64,000 bases of DNA from an uncultured Atopobium sp. (GCA_938041635.1 CALIAD010000047.1:2663-66662), one strand, 5' to 3'; positions 9,450 through 18,083 are shown, counted from the stretch's first letter. The notes: a model not told the origin generated them from the sequence alone. Program-made: numbers and translations.

Positions 9450-9947
9450 ATGAGTTTGATCAAAGCAACACAATACGTTTCTGCTGTTGAATATATCTCA
9501 ATAGAGGATTTGGTTCAGCAGGGGATTAAGCTTGTGCTCTTAGATCGCGATAATACCTGTGTGCCCCGAGACACTAAGATGGTGCCGCCAGAGGTTTCTG
9601 CTTGGTTTGAGAAGGCTCATGCGGCTGGATTAACGCTCTGTCTCATCTCCAATAACATTCACCTCAATGAGGTCCAGCGTAGCGCTCACGAGCTGGGAAT
9701 TGAAGGAGAAGGCTTTGCGTGTAAGCCGCTTCCTCGCGCGCTAACTGCTGCTATGAAGCGTTTCTCGGCAACTAAAGAGCAAACCGTGATGGTGGGAGAC
9801 CAGATTTTTACTGATGTTATTGCAGGTAATTTTGCTGGTGTTTCAACTATTTTGGTAAAGCCGCAGTCCAATGAGGATCTTTGGTACACCAATATCATTC
9901 GTCATGTAGAGCGCCGCATTTTAAAAAATGTAACTTTTACGTCATAA
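9450..9947 (+). CDS. YqeG-family HAD-IIIA phosphatase
   Basis: HAD motif I is LLDRDNT, and motifs KP and GDQIFTDV are also present. I chose ATG 9450 because the ORF-track start at 9288 would overlap mltG by 150 nt. Confidence 0.8.
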   Translation: MSLIKATQYVSAVEYISIEDLVQQGIKLVLLDRDNTCVPRDTKMVPPEVSAWFEKAHAAGLTLCLISNNIHLNEVQRSAHELGIEGEGFACKPLPRALTAAMKRFSATKEQTVMVGDQIFTDVIAGNFAGVSTILVKPQSNEDLWYTNIIRHVERRILKNVTFTS

Positions 9948-10011
9948 CAAGACGGCTTTAGTTTACTTGCTCCAACTCGATGATAGAATCATCTTGAAAG
10001 GCTGGAGGAGT

Positions 10012-10560
10012 ATGGAGCTTCGCGATTCAAGATACGTTGTACATGAGGGCTGTGATCATATCTTTTTTGTAGGCTTTCTGGGTGCCGGAAAGTCTACACT
10101 CGCGCGTAATTTGGGCGAGCTGTTTCACCGCCGTTATGTTGACACCGATCGCCTAGCAGAGCGTATAGCAGGTAAATCACTGGCAGAAATCTACGAAGAT
10201 GACGGTGAAGAGCTTTTTAGGCAGGCAGAAACTGAGGTTTTGCACACGCTTAAGTCTAAGAAGTCACTGCTCGTAAGCTGTGGCGGTGGAATTGTCGAGA
10301 AGGACGTCAATCTTGCGCTTATGCGTGAGATGGGAGTCATTGTGTTTCTCGACGGCGATCTTTCTGACTCGCTTCGTCAAATTCAGCGCACGGATAGGCG
10401 TCCTGATTTGGGAAGCTTTGAAAACGCTACTCAGCTCTATAGACGTCTGCGTCCACGTTATGAGGCCGCTGCTGATATTACTATTGATATTCGTGAGAAA
10501 ACGTTTGAGCAGGTAGCCATTGATTCTGGCAAGCTGCTTTGGGAAAGAGGTCTTCTATGA
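10012..10560 (+). CDS. aroK: Shikimate kinase
   Basis: Walker A FVGFLGAGKST, the DTD shikimate-binding motif and the GGG lid motif are all present. ATG 10012 is preceded by GGAGGAG. Confidence 0.85.
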   Translation: MELRDSRYVVHEGCDHIFFVGFLGAGKSTLARNLGELFHRRYVDTDRLAERIAGKSLAEIYEDDGEELFRQAETEVLHTLKSKKSLLVSCGGGIVEKDVNLALMREMGVIVFLDGDLSDSLRQIQRTDRRPDLGSFENATQLYRRLRPRYEAAADITIDIREKTFEQVAIDSGKLLWERGLL

Positions 10561-11693
10561 GTGACAATGTCCAGGCTGAGCTTGAAGAGGAATTGCCACC
10601 TGTTCAGATTAAACAGTGGGTTTCTATTCCTGGTGGCTCTATTGCACTTCGTTCTGGTGCAGGCGTTCTTTCAAACTTTGGTACTGAGCTCAGAACCGCA
10701 GTGGGAAGACCTCATCGCTGTGCTTTTCTTGTCAGCAATCAGGCAGATGAAGACCTTGCTGAGCTTCTGCGTAGAGACCTCACCACCATTGGTTTTCTCG
10801 TCACACGTGTAGATGTAGAAGATGGCAAGGCAGCAACTACCGTGGCAACTGAGGCGCAGGTATTGTCTGCTTTGGCAGAAATGCACCTGACAGCTGATGA
10901 TCTGGTAGTTGCCGTGGGCCACGAGGGCGTCATTTCTCTTGCTAACCACGTGGCAAACAAGTGGTGTGGGGGAGTTTCCCTTGCTACTGTTCCACTTGAT
11001 TTAGCAGCAGTTATTGTCTCGTCTATTACTCCTCGCGCGCTTGATACTGACGCTGAACATCAGCGTCTTGTTACCACTAAGCCTTGTGCTCGTTTCTGCT
11101 TTGCAGATCTTGAGGTTATGGACCTTTGCGATGACAACGCTAAGGTTGCCCAGGTATGTATGGTTGCAACGGCTATGTCTGATAACGAGGCGGAATTTGG
11201 TCGCATTTGGGATAGAGCAGATAACCTCTCCTCTGGAGTTGCCGATATAGTTGCAGAACAGCTGGCAGAGTCTACTAAGACCCGTGGCCGCCTTTCTGAT
11301 TCTTCCGCTATTGCTATTCAGCAGTCTGTTCCTTACGGTTGGGTTTTTGTGGAGGCACTTCGCCCGCTCATTCCAGCTGATCAGCCTCTTTCTGCACTTT
11401 ATGCAGACGCACTGCGTTTCTCGGCAAGAATCGCGGTAGCTAAAGAGGCGCTTTCTTTTGACGATATGCTTGTCCAAGACGAGATTCTTGAGCGCTTGAA
11501 TATTGGCTTTGTTACCTGTGACATTACTTCTGAGCAGCTTATCGAAGCGCTCAAACAGGAATGTTTCCGTTCTACTAATCGTTTTATGTTGCCGATTCCA
11601 ATGTCTATTGGAAGGGTAAGATTAGCATCGGTCGACGAGGAACTTCTCGCCGAGCATGCCCGCGCTTGGTGTGAGGCTCACGCTTCGCATTAA
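10557..11693 (+). CDS. 3-dehydroquinate synthase (AroB) homolog lacking recognisable NAD- and metal-binding motifs
   Basis: It is collinear with AroB. It reads AVGHEGVISLANHV where LGGGVVGDLTGF is expected. It reads VIVSSITPRA where QVDSSVGGKT is expected. It reads QQSVPYGWVFVEA where NLGHTFGHAIE is expected, and ALYADAL where HGEAVA is expected. There is an ATGA start/stop overlap with aroK. Confidence 0.6.
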   Translation: MSDNVQAELEEELPPVQIKQWVSIPGGSIALRSGAGVLSNFGTELRTAVGRPHRCAFLVSNQADEDLAELLRRDLTTIGFLVTRVDVEDGKAATTVATEAQVLSALAEMHLTADDLVVAVGHEGVISLANHVANKWCGGVSLATVPLDLAAVIVSSITPRALDTDAEHQRLVTTKPCARFCFADLEVMDLCDDNAKVAQVCMVATAMSDNEAEFGRIWDRADNLSSGVADIVAEQLAESTKTRGRLSDSSAIAIQQSVPYGWVFVEALRPLIPADQPLSALYADALRFSARIAVAKEALSFDDMLVQDEILERLNIGFVTCDITSEQLIEALKQECFRSTNRFMLPIPMSIGRVRLASVDEELLAEHARAWCEAHASH

Positions 11694-11784
11694 AGCGCCG
11701 CATCTTGCAGTAAGGAGCCTGTTTGCTGAGGCGACACCACAAGGTGCAACTCTTTGTTGTAAACATCTCGAGAAGGGATTTGAA

Positions 11785-12909
11785 ATGGCAGATCTACAGG
11801 CAGCAGCAAAGCGCGTTGCGCGCTTTCGCGAGGTAATGGCTCAGAGGGGTTACGACGCTGTTGTTCTACGTCACAACCCAGACCTTCGTTGGTTGACTGA
11901 CGCTGAGCGTGTCTTTGACTTTGAGCAGGCACATACTGCATTTATTACGCAGGATGAGCTCTTCATGCACACTGACTCTCGTTACTACAACACATTCCTG
12001 GAGCGCCTTGGTGCTGATTCTCCATGGAAGTTTGACCAGGAAGTCACTACTCCTACCGAGTGGATTGCCGCTCATATTGCTGAGGCTCGTGCTCGCGTGG
12101 TTGCTATTGAGGACACCGTTGATCTTGCGTTCTTTGATGGTCTTGAGCAGGCATTACGTGATCGTTCTGTTGCTGCTTTGCTTCCACGCATGCATGGTGA
12201 TATTGCTGAGCTGCGTATTGTTAAAGACCCAGCTGAGATTGAGCTTATGAAACACGCTCAGTCAATCACTGATAAGGCATTCCTCCATATCTGTGAGTAC
12301 ATCAAGCCAGGCCTCACTGAGCAGCAGATTCGTGCCGAGCTTGAGAACTACATGCTCTCCAATGGTGCAGATGCCCTGTCCTTTGATTCCATCATTGCTT
12401 CTGGTCCTAATGGTGCTAATCCTCACGCACAGCCAGGTGAGCGCGTAGTTCAGACAGGTGACATGATTGTTATGGACTATGGTGCAGGTTACCTGGATTA
12501 CCACTCAGATATGACCCGTACTGTTGTTGTTGGCGCACCTTCCGAGGAGCAGCAGCATGTCTTTGACGTTGTCCGCAAGGCAAACGAAACTTGCGCAGCA
12601 GCTATTCATGCAGGTGTAACTGGTTCTGATATTCATAACCTTGCAGTTAAGGTTATCTCTGAGGCTGGCTACGGTGAGTACTTTGGCCACGGCCTTGGCC
12701 ACGGTGTTGGCGTTGAGATTCATGAGCGCCCATTCTTCAATCCTCGTTGGAACAAGATGATTGCAGCAGGTTCTGTTGTTACTGATGAGCCTGGCATTTA
12801 CCTGCCTGGCAAGTTTGGTATCCGCCTTGAGGACTTTGGTGTTGTTACTGAGGACGGCTATGACGTCTTTACTCAGTCCACGCACGATCTTGTGTCCGTT
12901 GGCTGCTAA
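11785..12909 (+). CDS. Xaa-Pro aminopeptidase/dipeptidase (M24B)
   Basis: Metal ligands are present in DYGAGYLDYHSDMTRT, HGLGHGVGVEIHERP, TDEPG and RLED. ATG 11785 has an AGAAGGGA RBS. The ORF-track start at 11656 overlaps the preceding gene. Confidence 0.85.
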   Translation: MADLQAAAKRVARFREVMAQRGYDAVVLRHNPDLRWLTDAERVFDFEQAHTAFITQDELFMHTDSRYYNTFLERLGADSPWKFDQEVTTPTEWIAAHIAEARARVVAIEDTVDLAFFDGLEQALRDRSVAALLPRMHGDIAELRIVKDPAEIELMKHAQSITDKAFLHICEYIKPGLTEQQIRAELENYMLSNGADALSFDSIIASGPNGANPHAQPGERVVQTGDMIVMDYGAGYLDYHSDMTRTVVVGAPSEEQQHVFDVVRKANETCAAAIHAGVTGSDIHNLAVKVISEAGYGEYFGHGLGHGVGVEIHERPFFNPRWNKMIAAGSVVTDEPGIYLPGKFGIRLEDFGVVTEDGYDVFTQSTHDLVSVGC

Positions 12910-12933
12910 CGAGCTACGATATACAGAATTTTT

Positions 12934-12969
12934 GCGGTCAGAAGCTTTAGGTTTCTGGCCGCATTTTTT
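12934..12969 (+). terminator. Rho-independent terminator after the peptidase gene
   Basis: GCGGTCAGAA and TTCTGGCCGC form a 10-bp stem with one G-U pair and a 9-nt loop. The stem is followed by ATTTTTT. Confidence 0.7.
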
Positions 12970-13160
12970 ACCGTATCTCCTAGGGCGAGAAGACCTTCTC
13001 GCCTAAAAATTAGCTTATAAAACCTAAAAAATTTAAAAAGAGTTAGGTTAGTGGAGGTATGTTTTAGACTTATGTAATAAAATCAGAAAAGTAATTGTTA
13101 TTTTCATTGTTATGTTTACAGTTTCATTTGTTTTATTAGGTGGAGAAGAAGGAGGTAGAA

Positions 13161-14162
13161 GTGGTTAGTATCGTTCTAGCCAGCCATGGCAAATTTGCCG
13201 AGGGTATTAAAGATTCTGGCAGCATGATTTTTGGACCACAGGAAGGCGTTGTAGCTGTAACGCTTACTCCTGATATGGGCCCAGATGACCTGCATCAGAA
13301 GATTCTCGACGCAATTGCCACGCTTGAAGATCAAGAGCACGTTTTGTTCTTGGTTGACCTATGGGGTGGCACCCCCTTTAACCAGATTTCTCGTGTTCTT
13401 GAGGAAGAGGGTAAAGAGGATTGGGTTGCCGTTACCGGTCTTAACCTCCCAATGCTTATTGCAGCATATGGCTCTCGCCTTGGCGTAGATACCGCCGCCG
13501 AGGTAGCAAAAGAGATTTACTCTGAAGCTCGTATGGGCGTGAAGATTAAGCCAGAAGAGCTTGAGCCACAAGAGGCAACACCTACTGATGTTCCTGCCGC
13601 TCCTGCAGCACCTCAGGGTGCAATTCCTGCGGGTACTGTTATTGGTGATGGCAAGCTTAAGATTGTTCTTGCTCGTATTGATACCCGTCTTCTGCATGGT
13701 CAGGTTGCAACTACGTGGACAAAGATGACCAAGCCAGATCGCATTATTGTCTGCTCTGATGGTGTTGCTCAAGATGAGCTCCGCAAGACCATGATTGTTC
13801 AGGCAGCTCCTCCAGGAGTACATGTCCACGTTGTTCCTATTAAGAAGATTATTGAGATTGCTCACGACACTCGTTTTGGCAATACCAAGGCAATGCTTCT
13901 GTTTGAGACTCCTCAAGATATGCTTCGCGCAATTGAGGGTGGCGTAGAAATCAAGGAAGCAAACCTTGGTTCTATGGCTCACTCTGTTGGCAAAGTTGTT
14001 GTTACCAACGCAGTTGCTATGGATGAGGACGACGTAAAGACCCTTGAGGCCATCCGCGAGTGCGGTACAACGTTTGATGTTCGTAAGGTTCCTGCAGACA
14101 GCGCAGAGAACTTTGAGGCAATGCTTAAAAAAGCTAAGTCCGAGCTTGGCGCCCGTAAGTAA
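13161..14162 (+). CDS. manX: PTS mannose-family EIIAB component
   Basis: The EIIA N-terminus reads IVLASHGKFAEGI. A Pro/Ala linker joins it to the EIIB motif ARIDTRLLHGQV. GTG 13161 is preceded by GGAGG; GTG 13140 is an alternative start. Confidence 0.85.
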   Translation: MVSIVLASHGKFAEGIKDSGSMIFGPQEGVVAVTLTPDMGPDDLHQKILDAIATLEDQEHVLFLVDLWGGTPFNQISRVLEEEGKEDWVAVTGLNLPMLIAAYGSRLGVDTAAEVAKEIYSEARMGVKIKPEELEPQEATPTDVPAAPAAPQGAIPAGTVIGDGKLKIVLARIDTRLLHGQVATTWTKMTKPDRIIVCSDGVAQDELRKTMIVQAAPPGVHVHVVPIKKIIEIAHDTRFGNTKAMLLFETPQDMLRAIEGGVEIKEANLGSMAHSVGKVVVTNAVAMDEDDVKTLEAIRECGTTFDVRKVPADSAENFEAMLKKAKSELGARK

Positions 14163-14178
14163 CTAGAAGGAGGTAGAA

Positions 14179-14994
14179 ATGACACCTATCACAATACTGC
14201 TTGTCGTAATTGTTGCTCTTCTCGCTGGCATGGAAGGTATTCTTGACCAGTGGGAGTTCCACCAGCCCCTGGTTGCTTGCTCACTGATTGGCCTTGTGAC
14301 TGGTCACCCTGCTGAGGGAATTATCCTCGGCGGTTCTCTTCAGATGATTGCTCTTGGTTGGGCAAACATCGGAGCTGCAGTTGCACCAGACGCAGCTTTG
14401 GCATCTGTTGCATCCGCAATTATTATGGTTTTGGCACTGAATGGTGGAGATACTGACACCACCGCTGCTATTAACACCTCTATTGCACTTGCAATTCCTC
14501 TGTCAGTAGCAGGCCTGTTCCTTACCATGATTGCTCGTACTATTGCAACTGGTATTGTCCATGCTATGGATGCAGCTGCCGAGAAGGGCGATTTTGCTGC
14601 AATCGAGCGTTGGCACATTGTAGCTATCCTCATGCAGGGCGCACGTATTGCTGTTCCTGCAGCTGCTCTTTGCTTCATTGATCCAGCTATTGTCACTGAC
14701 GCTCTGAACGCAATGCCTAAGTGGCTCACTGGTGGTATGGCAGTTGGCGGCGGCATGGTTGCTGCTGTTGGTTACGCAATGGTCATTAACATGATGGCTA
14801 CTCGTGAGGTTTGGCCGTTCTTTGCACTGGGCTTTGTCTTTGCTGCTATTAACCAGCTCACTCTTATTGCTCTTGGTGTTATTGGTGTTTGCCTTGCTAT
14901 TCTCTACATTGGTCTTAAAGACCTTGCTAAGCAGGGTGGCGGCGCAGGTGGCGGATCTGGTGATCCGCTCGGCGATATTATTGACAACTACTAA
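14179..14994 (+). CDS. manY: PTS mannose-family EIIC component
   Basis: 271-aa polytopic membrane protein with an AGGAGG RBS. It sits between the IIAB and IID genes. The Gly-rich C-terminus is typical of ManY. Confidence 0.85.
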   Translation: MTPITILLVVIVALLAGMEGILDQWEFHQPLVACSLIGLVTGHPAEGIILGGSLQMIALGWANIGAAVAPDAALASVASAIIMVLALNGGDTDTTAAINTSIALAIPLSVAGLFLTMIARTIATGIVHAMDAAAEKGDFAAIERWHIVAILMQGARIAVPAAALCFIDPAIVTDALNAMPKWLTGGMAVGGGMVAAVGYAMVINMMATREVWPFFALGFVFAAINQLTLIALGVIGVCLAILYIGLKDLAKQGGGAGGGSGDPLGDIIDNY

Positions 14995-15015
14995 TTCTGA
15001 AGGAGCGTGAAACTA

Positions 15016-15933
15016 ATGGAGAATAAGATTCAGCTTTCTAAGAAAGACCGCATGTCTGTTGCTCTTCGTCATCAGTTCCTTCAGGGTTCTTGGAACTACG
15101 AGCGTATGCAGAACGGTGGTTGGGCATTCTCAATGATTCCAGCCATCAAAAAGCTTTATCCAAAAAAAGAAGATCAGGTAGCAGCTCTTAAGCGCCACCT
15201 TGAGTTCTACAACACTCACCCTTATGTTTCTGCACCAGTCATGGGCGTTACCCTTGCACTGGAGGAGGGACGTGCTAACGGTGAGCCTATTGACGACGTT
15301 GCAATTCAGGGCGTCAAGGTAGGCATGATGGGTCCTCTAGCTGGTGTTGGTGACCCAGTCTTCTGGTTTACCGTCCGTCCAATTCTTGGAGCACTCGGCG
15401 CATCTATTGCCGCTGGTGGTTCTGCACTTGGCCCTATTCTCTTCTTTGTTCTGTGGAACGTCATCCGCCTTTCCTTCCTGTGGTACACCCAGGAGTTTGG
15501 CTACAAGGCAGGCGCTTCAATTTCTTCCGATCTTTCTGGCGGCATGCTGGGCAAGATTACCGAGGGTGCTTCTATTCTTGGTATGTTTATCATTGGTGCC
15601 CTGGTACAGCGCTGGGTTTCAATTTCATTTACCCCAGTTGTTTCTACCATTCCTCAGCAGGCAGGCGCCTACATTGATTGGACAAGCATTCCTTCAGGAG
15701 TAGAGGGAATGCACCAGGCATTAAAGCTTTACGCTGCACTTGGACCAAACGGCCTTGACCCAGTCAAGGTAACCACACTGCAGTCCAACCTTGACTCGCT
15801 TGTTCCTGGACTGGCAGCTGTTGGTCTGACACTGCTTTGCTGCTCACTACTTAAGAAGAAGGTCTCTCCAATTGCTATCATCCTGGCTCTCTTTGCCGTT
15901 GGTATTATTGGTCGACTCCTTGGCTTTATGTAA
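15016..15933 (+). CDS. manZ: PTS mannose-family EIID component
   Basis: The N-terminus LSKKDRMSVALRHQFLQGSWNYERMQNGGWAFSM is the IID signature. ATG 15016 lies 10 nt after AGGAG. Confidence 0.9.
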   Translation: MENKIQLSKKDRMSVALRHQFLQGSWNYERMQNGGWAFSMIPAIKKLYPKKEDQVAALKRHLEFYNTHPYVSAPVMGVTLALEEGRANGEPIDDVAIQGVKVGMMGPLAGVGDPVFWFTVRPILGALGASIAAGGSALGPILFFVLWNVIRLSFLWYTQEFGYKAGASISSDLSGGMLGKITEGASILGMFIIGALVQRWVSISFTPVVSTIPQQAGAYIDWTSIPSGVEGMHQALKLYAALGPNGLDPVKVTTLQSNLDSLVPGLAAVGLTLLCCSLLKKKVSPIAIILALFAVGIIGRLLGFM

Positions 15934-15972
15934 TGAGTAAGAGTACGCATTAGTACTCAACTTCGCACGAAT

Positions 15973-16008
15973 ATGGGTCGCGCTCTATAATGGGTGCGAC
16001 CCATTTTT
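15973..16008 (+). terminator. Rho-independent terminator between manZ and the DUF956 gene
   Basis: ATGGGTCGC (15973-15981) pairs with GCGACCCAT (15996-16004), giving a 9-bp stem. The 14-nt loop contains TATAAT. A T5 run ends at 16008. Confidence 0.65.
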
Positions 16009-16019
16009 GAAAGGATTGT

Positions 16020-16427
16020 ATGGCTCAGTCTCAAAACAGTACGGTCGATTTCACCGCAAAGGCAACGTCATTCCACGGGCTAGCTACGTATGGCGATATT
16101 CTTATTGGTAATAAGGCCTTTGAGTTCTACAACCAAAAAAATCCTGAAGATTACATCCAGATTCCCTGGGATCAGATAGATCATGTGGCCGCCTCAGTTA
16201 TGGGACGTACCAAAAGCATTTCTCGCTTTGCTATTTTTACTAAAAGCAATGGTAACTACTCGTTTTCTACGCGAGACAATAAAGCAACACTGAGGGCAAT
16301 TCGCGCCTATATAGGGGAGGAGAAACTCGTGCGTTCTCCAAACTTCTGGTTTGTCTTTAAGCACGGACTTATGGCAATTCCACAGCTTCCTCGCCTTATT
16401 AAAGAGAGTTTTATTAAAAAGAAGTAA
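16020..16427 (+). CDS. DUF956 protein (ManO-like accessory gene of man-PTS operons)
   Basis: 135 aa, in the position that manO occupies after manZ in Firmicutes man operons. The motif GDILIGNKAFEFYN...IPWDQI is DUF956-like. Confidence 0.75.
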   Translation: MAQSQNSTVDFTAKATSFHGLATYGDILIGNKAFEFYNQKNPEDYIQIPWDQIDHVAASVMGRTKSISRFAIFTKSNGNYSFSTRDNKATLRAIRAYIGEEKLVRSPNFWFVFKHGLMAIPQLPRLIKESFIKKK

Positions 16428-16563
16428 GCAAATTTTGCATTTTCACAAGAGCCGCCAGCACGGAAGGCGTGAAACTGATAAAATCCAACATGCATATACG
16501 TGTCGCGGGTAGTTTGAAAATTCACGTTCTTCTCGCGACTTTATCGAGTGAAAAGAGTTAGAC

Positions 16564-17127
16564 GTGGCAACTATCAGCACCGCAGATTTCAAGAACGGCC
16601 TTGGCCTTAAGATTAACGATAAGTACTACACCATCGTTGAGTTCCAGCACGTAAAGCCAGGTAAGGGCGGCGCTTTTGTCCGCTATAAGATTCGTGACCT
16701 TCGCTCTGGCCGCGTTATTGATCAGACCTGCAACGCTGGTACCAAGTTTGAGAACGTTCTTCTGCTCACCAAAGAGATGCAGTACCTCTACAACGACGGT
16801 GAGTCCTTCTACTTCATGGACAATGAGACTTACGATCAGGTAGCTGTTCCAGCTGATTTTATTGGCGAGAAGAGCGTCTGGTTCAAAGAGAACGATAATG
16901 CACAGCTTCTCTATGCAGACACTGAGCTTCTTGGTGTTGAACCTCCAATGTTCATTGAGGCAGAGATTACTGAGACTGACCCAGGCTTCAAGGGAGACAC
17001 CGTTCAGGGCGGTACCAAGCCAGCAACTATTGAGACTGGCGCAACACTTCAGGTTCCAATGTATCTGAACCAGGGTGAGCGCATTAAGGTTGACACCCGC
17101 GACGGCAAGTTTGTTTCTCGCGTTTAA
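16564..17127 (+). CDS. efp: Elongation factor P
   Basis: 187 aa with a GTG start and the loop VKPGKGGAFVRYKIRDLRSG. The three OB-like domains are collinear with EF-P. Confidence 0.95.
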   Translation: MATISTADFKNGLGLKINDKYYTIVEFQHVKPGKGGAFVRYKIRDLRSGRVIDQTCNAGTKFENVLLLTKEMQYLYNDGESFYFMDNETYDQVAVPADFIGEKSVWFKENDNAQLLYADTELLGVEPPMFIEAEITETDPGFKGDTVQGGTKPATIETGATLQVPMYLNQGERIKVDTRDGKFVSRV

Positions 17128-17145
17128 CGCATACGCTTTGGGTAT
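17122..17145 (+). promoter_or_regulatory. Sigma-B-type promoter GTTTAA-N12-GGGTAT upstream of asp23
   Basis: GTTTAA lies at 17122-17127 and includes the efp stop codon. GGGTAT lies at 17140-17145 after a 12-nt spacer. Both hexamers match the sigma-B consensus exactly, 65 nt before the asp23 ATG. Confidence 0.55.
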
Positions 17146-17178
17146 ATAAACGCCCAACAGGTATTGAGTAATTATTTC

Positions 17179-17198
17179 AAAGACAGTTTGTCTTTTTT
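17179..17198 (+). terminator. Weak hairpin plus T-run between efp and asp23
   Basis: AAAGACA, a GTT loop and TGTCTTT form a 7-bp AU-rich stem followed by a T-run. It lies downstream of the putative sigma-B promoter, so it may act only as a leaky efp terminator. Confidence 0.35.
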
Positions 17199-17209
17199 AG
17201 GGGGTAGAC

Positions 17210-17575
17210 ATGGCTGAAACAGAGCTTCGTATAGCAGGCATCGGCATCTCAAAAGATGTAATTTCAACGGTTGTCTCCGGCGCAGCTGGAAGTGTTGAAG
17301 GTGTTGCCTCCGTTGGCGGAAACGATACACTGGCATCCAACCTTATTAACGTCTTTACCAGCAGAAGCCTTGCACCAGAGAAGGCTGTTGAGGCAGGCGT
17401 AGAGAACGGTCAGCTCCATCTTGGAGTTCACCTTACCGTTTTCTATGGCTATCCTTTCACAAAGCTTGCTTCTGAGGTAAGACTTGCTGTTGCAACTGCT
17501 GTAAATGAGCAGATTGGCGTCAGTATCGCTTCCGTTGATGTTTACATTGACAGCCTTGTTTTTCCTAAGGAGTAG
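17210..17575 (+). CDS. Asp23/Gls24 family envelope/alkaline-shock protein
   Basis: 121 aa with the Asp23-type pattern ISKDVISTVVSGAAGSVEGVASV and a C-terminal VDVYIDSL. It has the same position before nusB as B. subtilis yqhY. Confidence 0.85.
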   Translation: MAETELRIAGIGISKDVISTVVSGAAGSVEGVASVGGNDTLASNLINVFTSRSLAPEKAVEAGVENGQLHLGVHLTVFYGYPFTKLASEVRLAVATAVNEQIGVSIASVDVYIDSLVFPKE

Positions 17576-17577
17576 GC

Positions 17578-18081
17578 TTGAGCGTTAAGTTTTTTGGACG
17601 TACCCGCGCCCGTAGCCAAGCACTACAGCTTTTGTTCCAGGCTGAAGCCACTAATCGCAGCGTTCTTGAGGTCCTCGACGGAGACTACACGCTCTCCGAG
17701 GGACCTCTTGACGAGTATGCACAGTCACTGGCAGTAGGAGCAGATGGTATCAGAGATGATCTTGATGACATCATTGCTGCTTACTCAAAGGACTGGGCAA
17801 TTGATCGCATGCCTTCTGTTGACCGCAATCTTCTAAGAATTTCTCTCTACGAGATTCTGGAGGTTCCAGAGGTTGACGTTGCTGTTGCTATTAATGAGGT
17901 AGTTGACCTTGCTCGCGCTTACTGCGGCGATGATTCTCCTCGCTTTATTAACGGCGTTCTTGGTCGTATTGTTGATGACATTGAGGCTGGAGAAGACATT
18001 TATTCTCTGTGCCATAAGCAGTCTGCTGAGCAAGACGTTTCTGAAGAAGAGCCAGAGAGCTCTGTGGAAGATGCAGAGTAG
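17578..18081 (+). CDS. nusB: Transcription antitermination factor NusB
   Basis: ARSQALQLLFQAE and DRMPSVDRNLLRISLYEI are present. It has a TTG start 2 nt after asp23 and an acidic C-terminal tail. Confidence 0.9.
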   Translation: MSVKFFGRTRARSQALQLLFQAEATNRSVLEVLDGDYTLSEGPLDEYAQSLAVGADGIRDDLDDIIAAYSKDWAIDRMPSVDRNLLRISLYEILEVPEVDVAVAINEVVDLARAYCGDDSPRFINGVLGRIVDDIEAGEDIYSLCHKQSAEQDVSEEEPESSVEDAE

Positions 18082-18083
18082 TC

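Noticed and set aside
12984-13003. The hairpin GGCGAGAAG-AC-CTTCTCGCC after the peptidase terminator.
   Set aside because: The arms are perfect, but no U-run follows on either strand and the sequence is not repeated elsewhere in the window. It is probably incidental, or a secondary stabiliser of the upstream terminator.
13021-13049. The inverted repeat AACCTAA-N15-TTAGGTT, and duplicated TTTCATTGTT-like words, in the AT-rich man-PTS promoter region.
   Set aside because: Short AT-rich symmetric words are expected by chance in DNA that is about 25 percent GC. I found no match to a cre box or to a sigma-54 -24/-12 element.
13359-13982. A 207-aa minus-strand ORF inside manX.
   Set aside because: It is antisense to the EIIAB gene, with no motifs.
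16558-17157. A 199-aa minus-strand ORF covering efp.
   Set aside because: It is an exact antisense shadow of the highly conserved efp gene.
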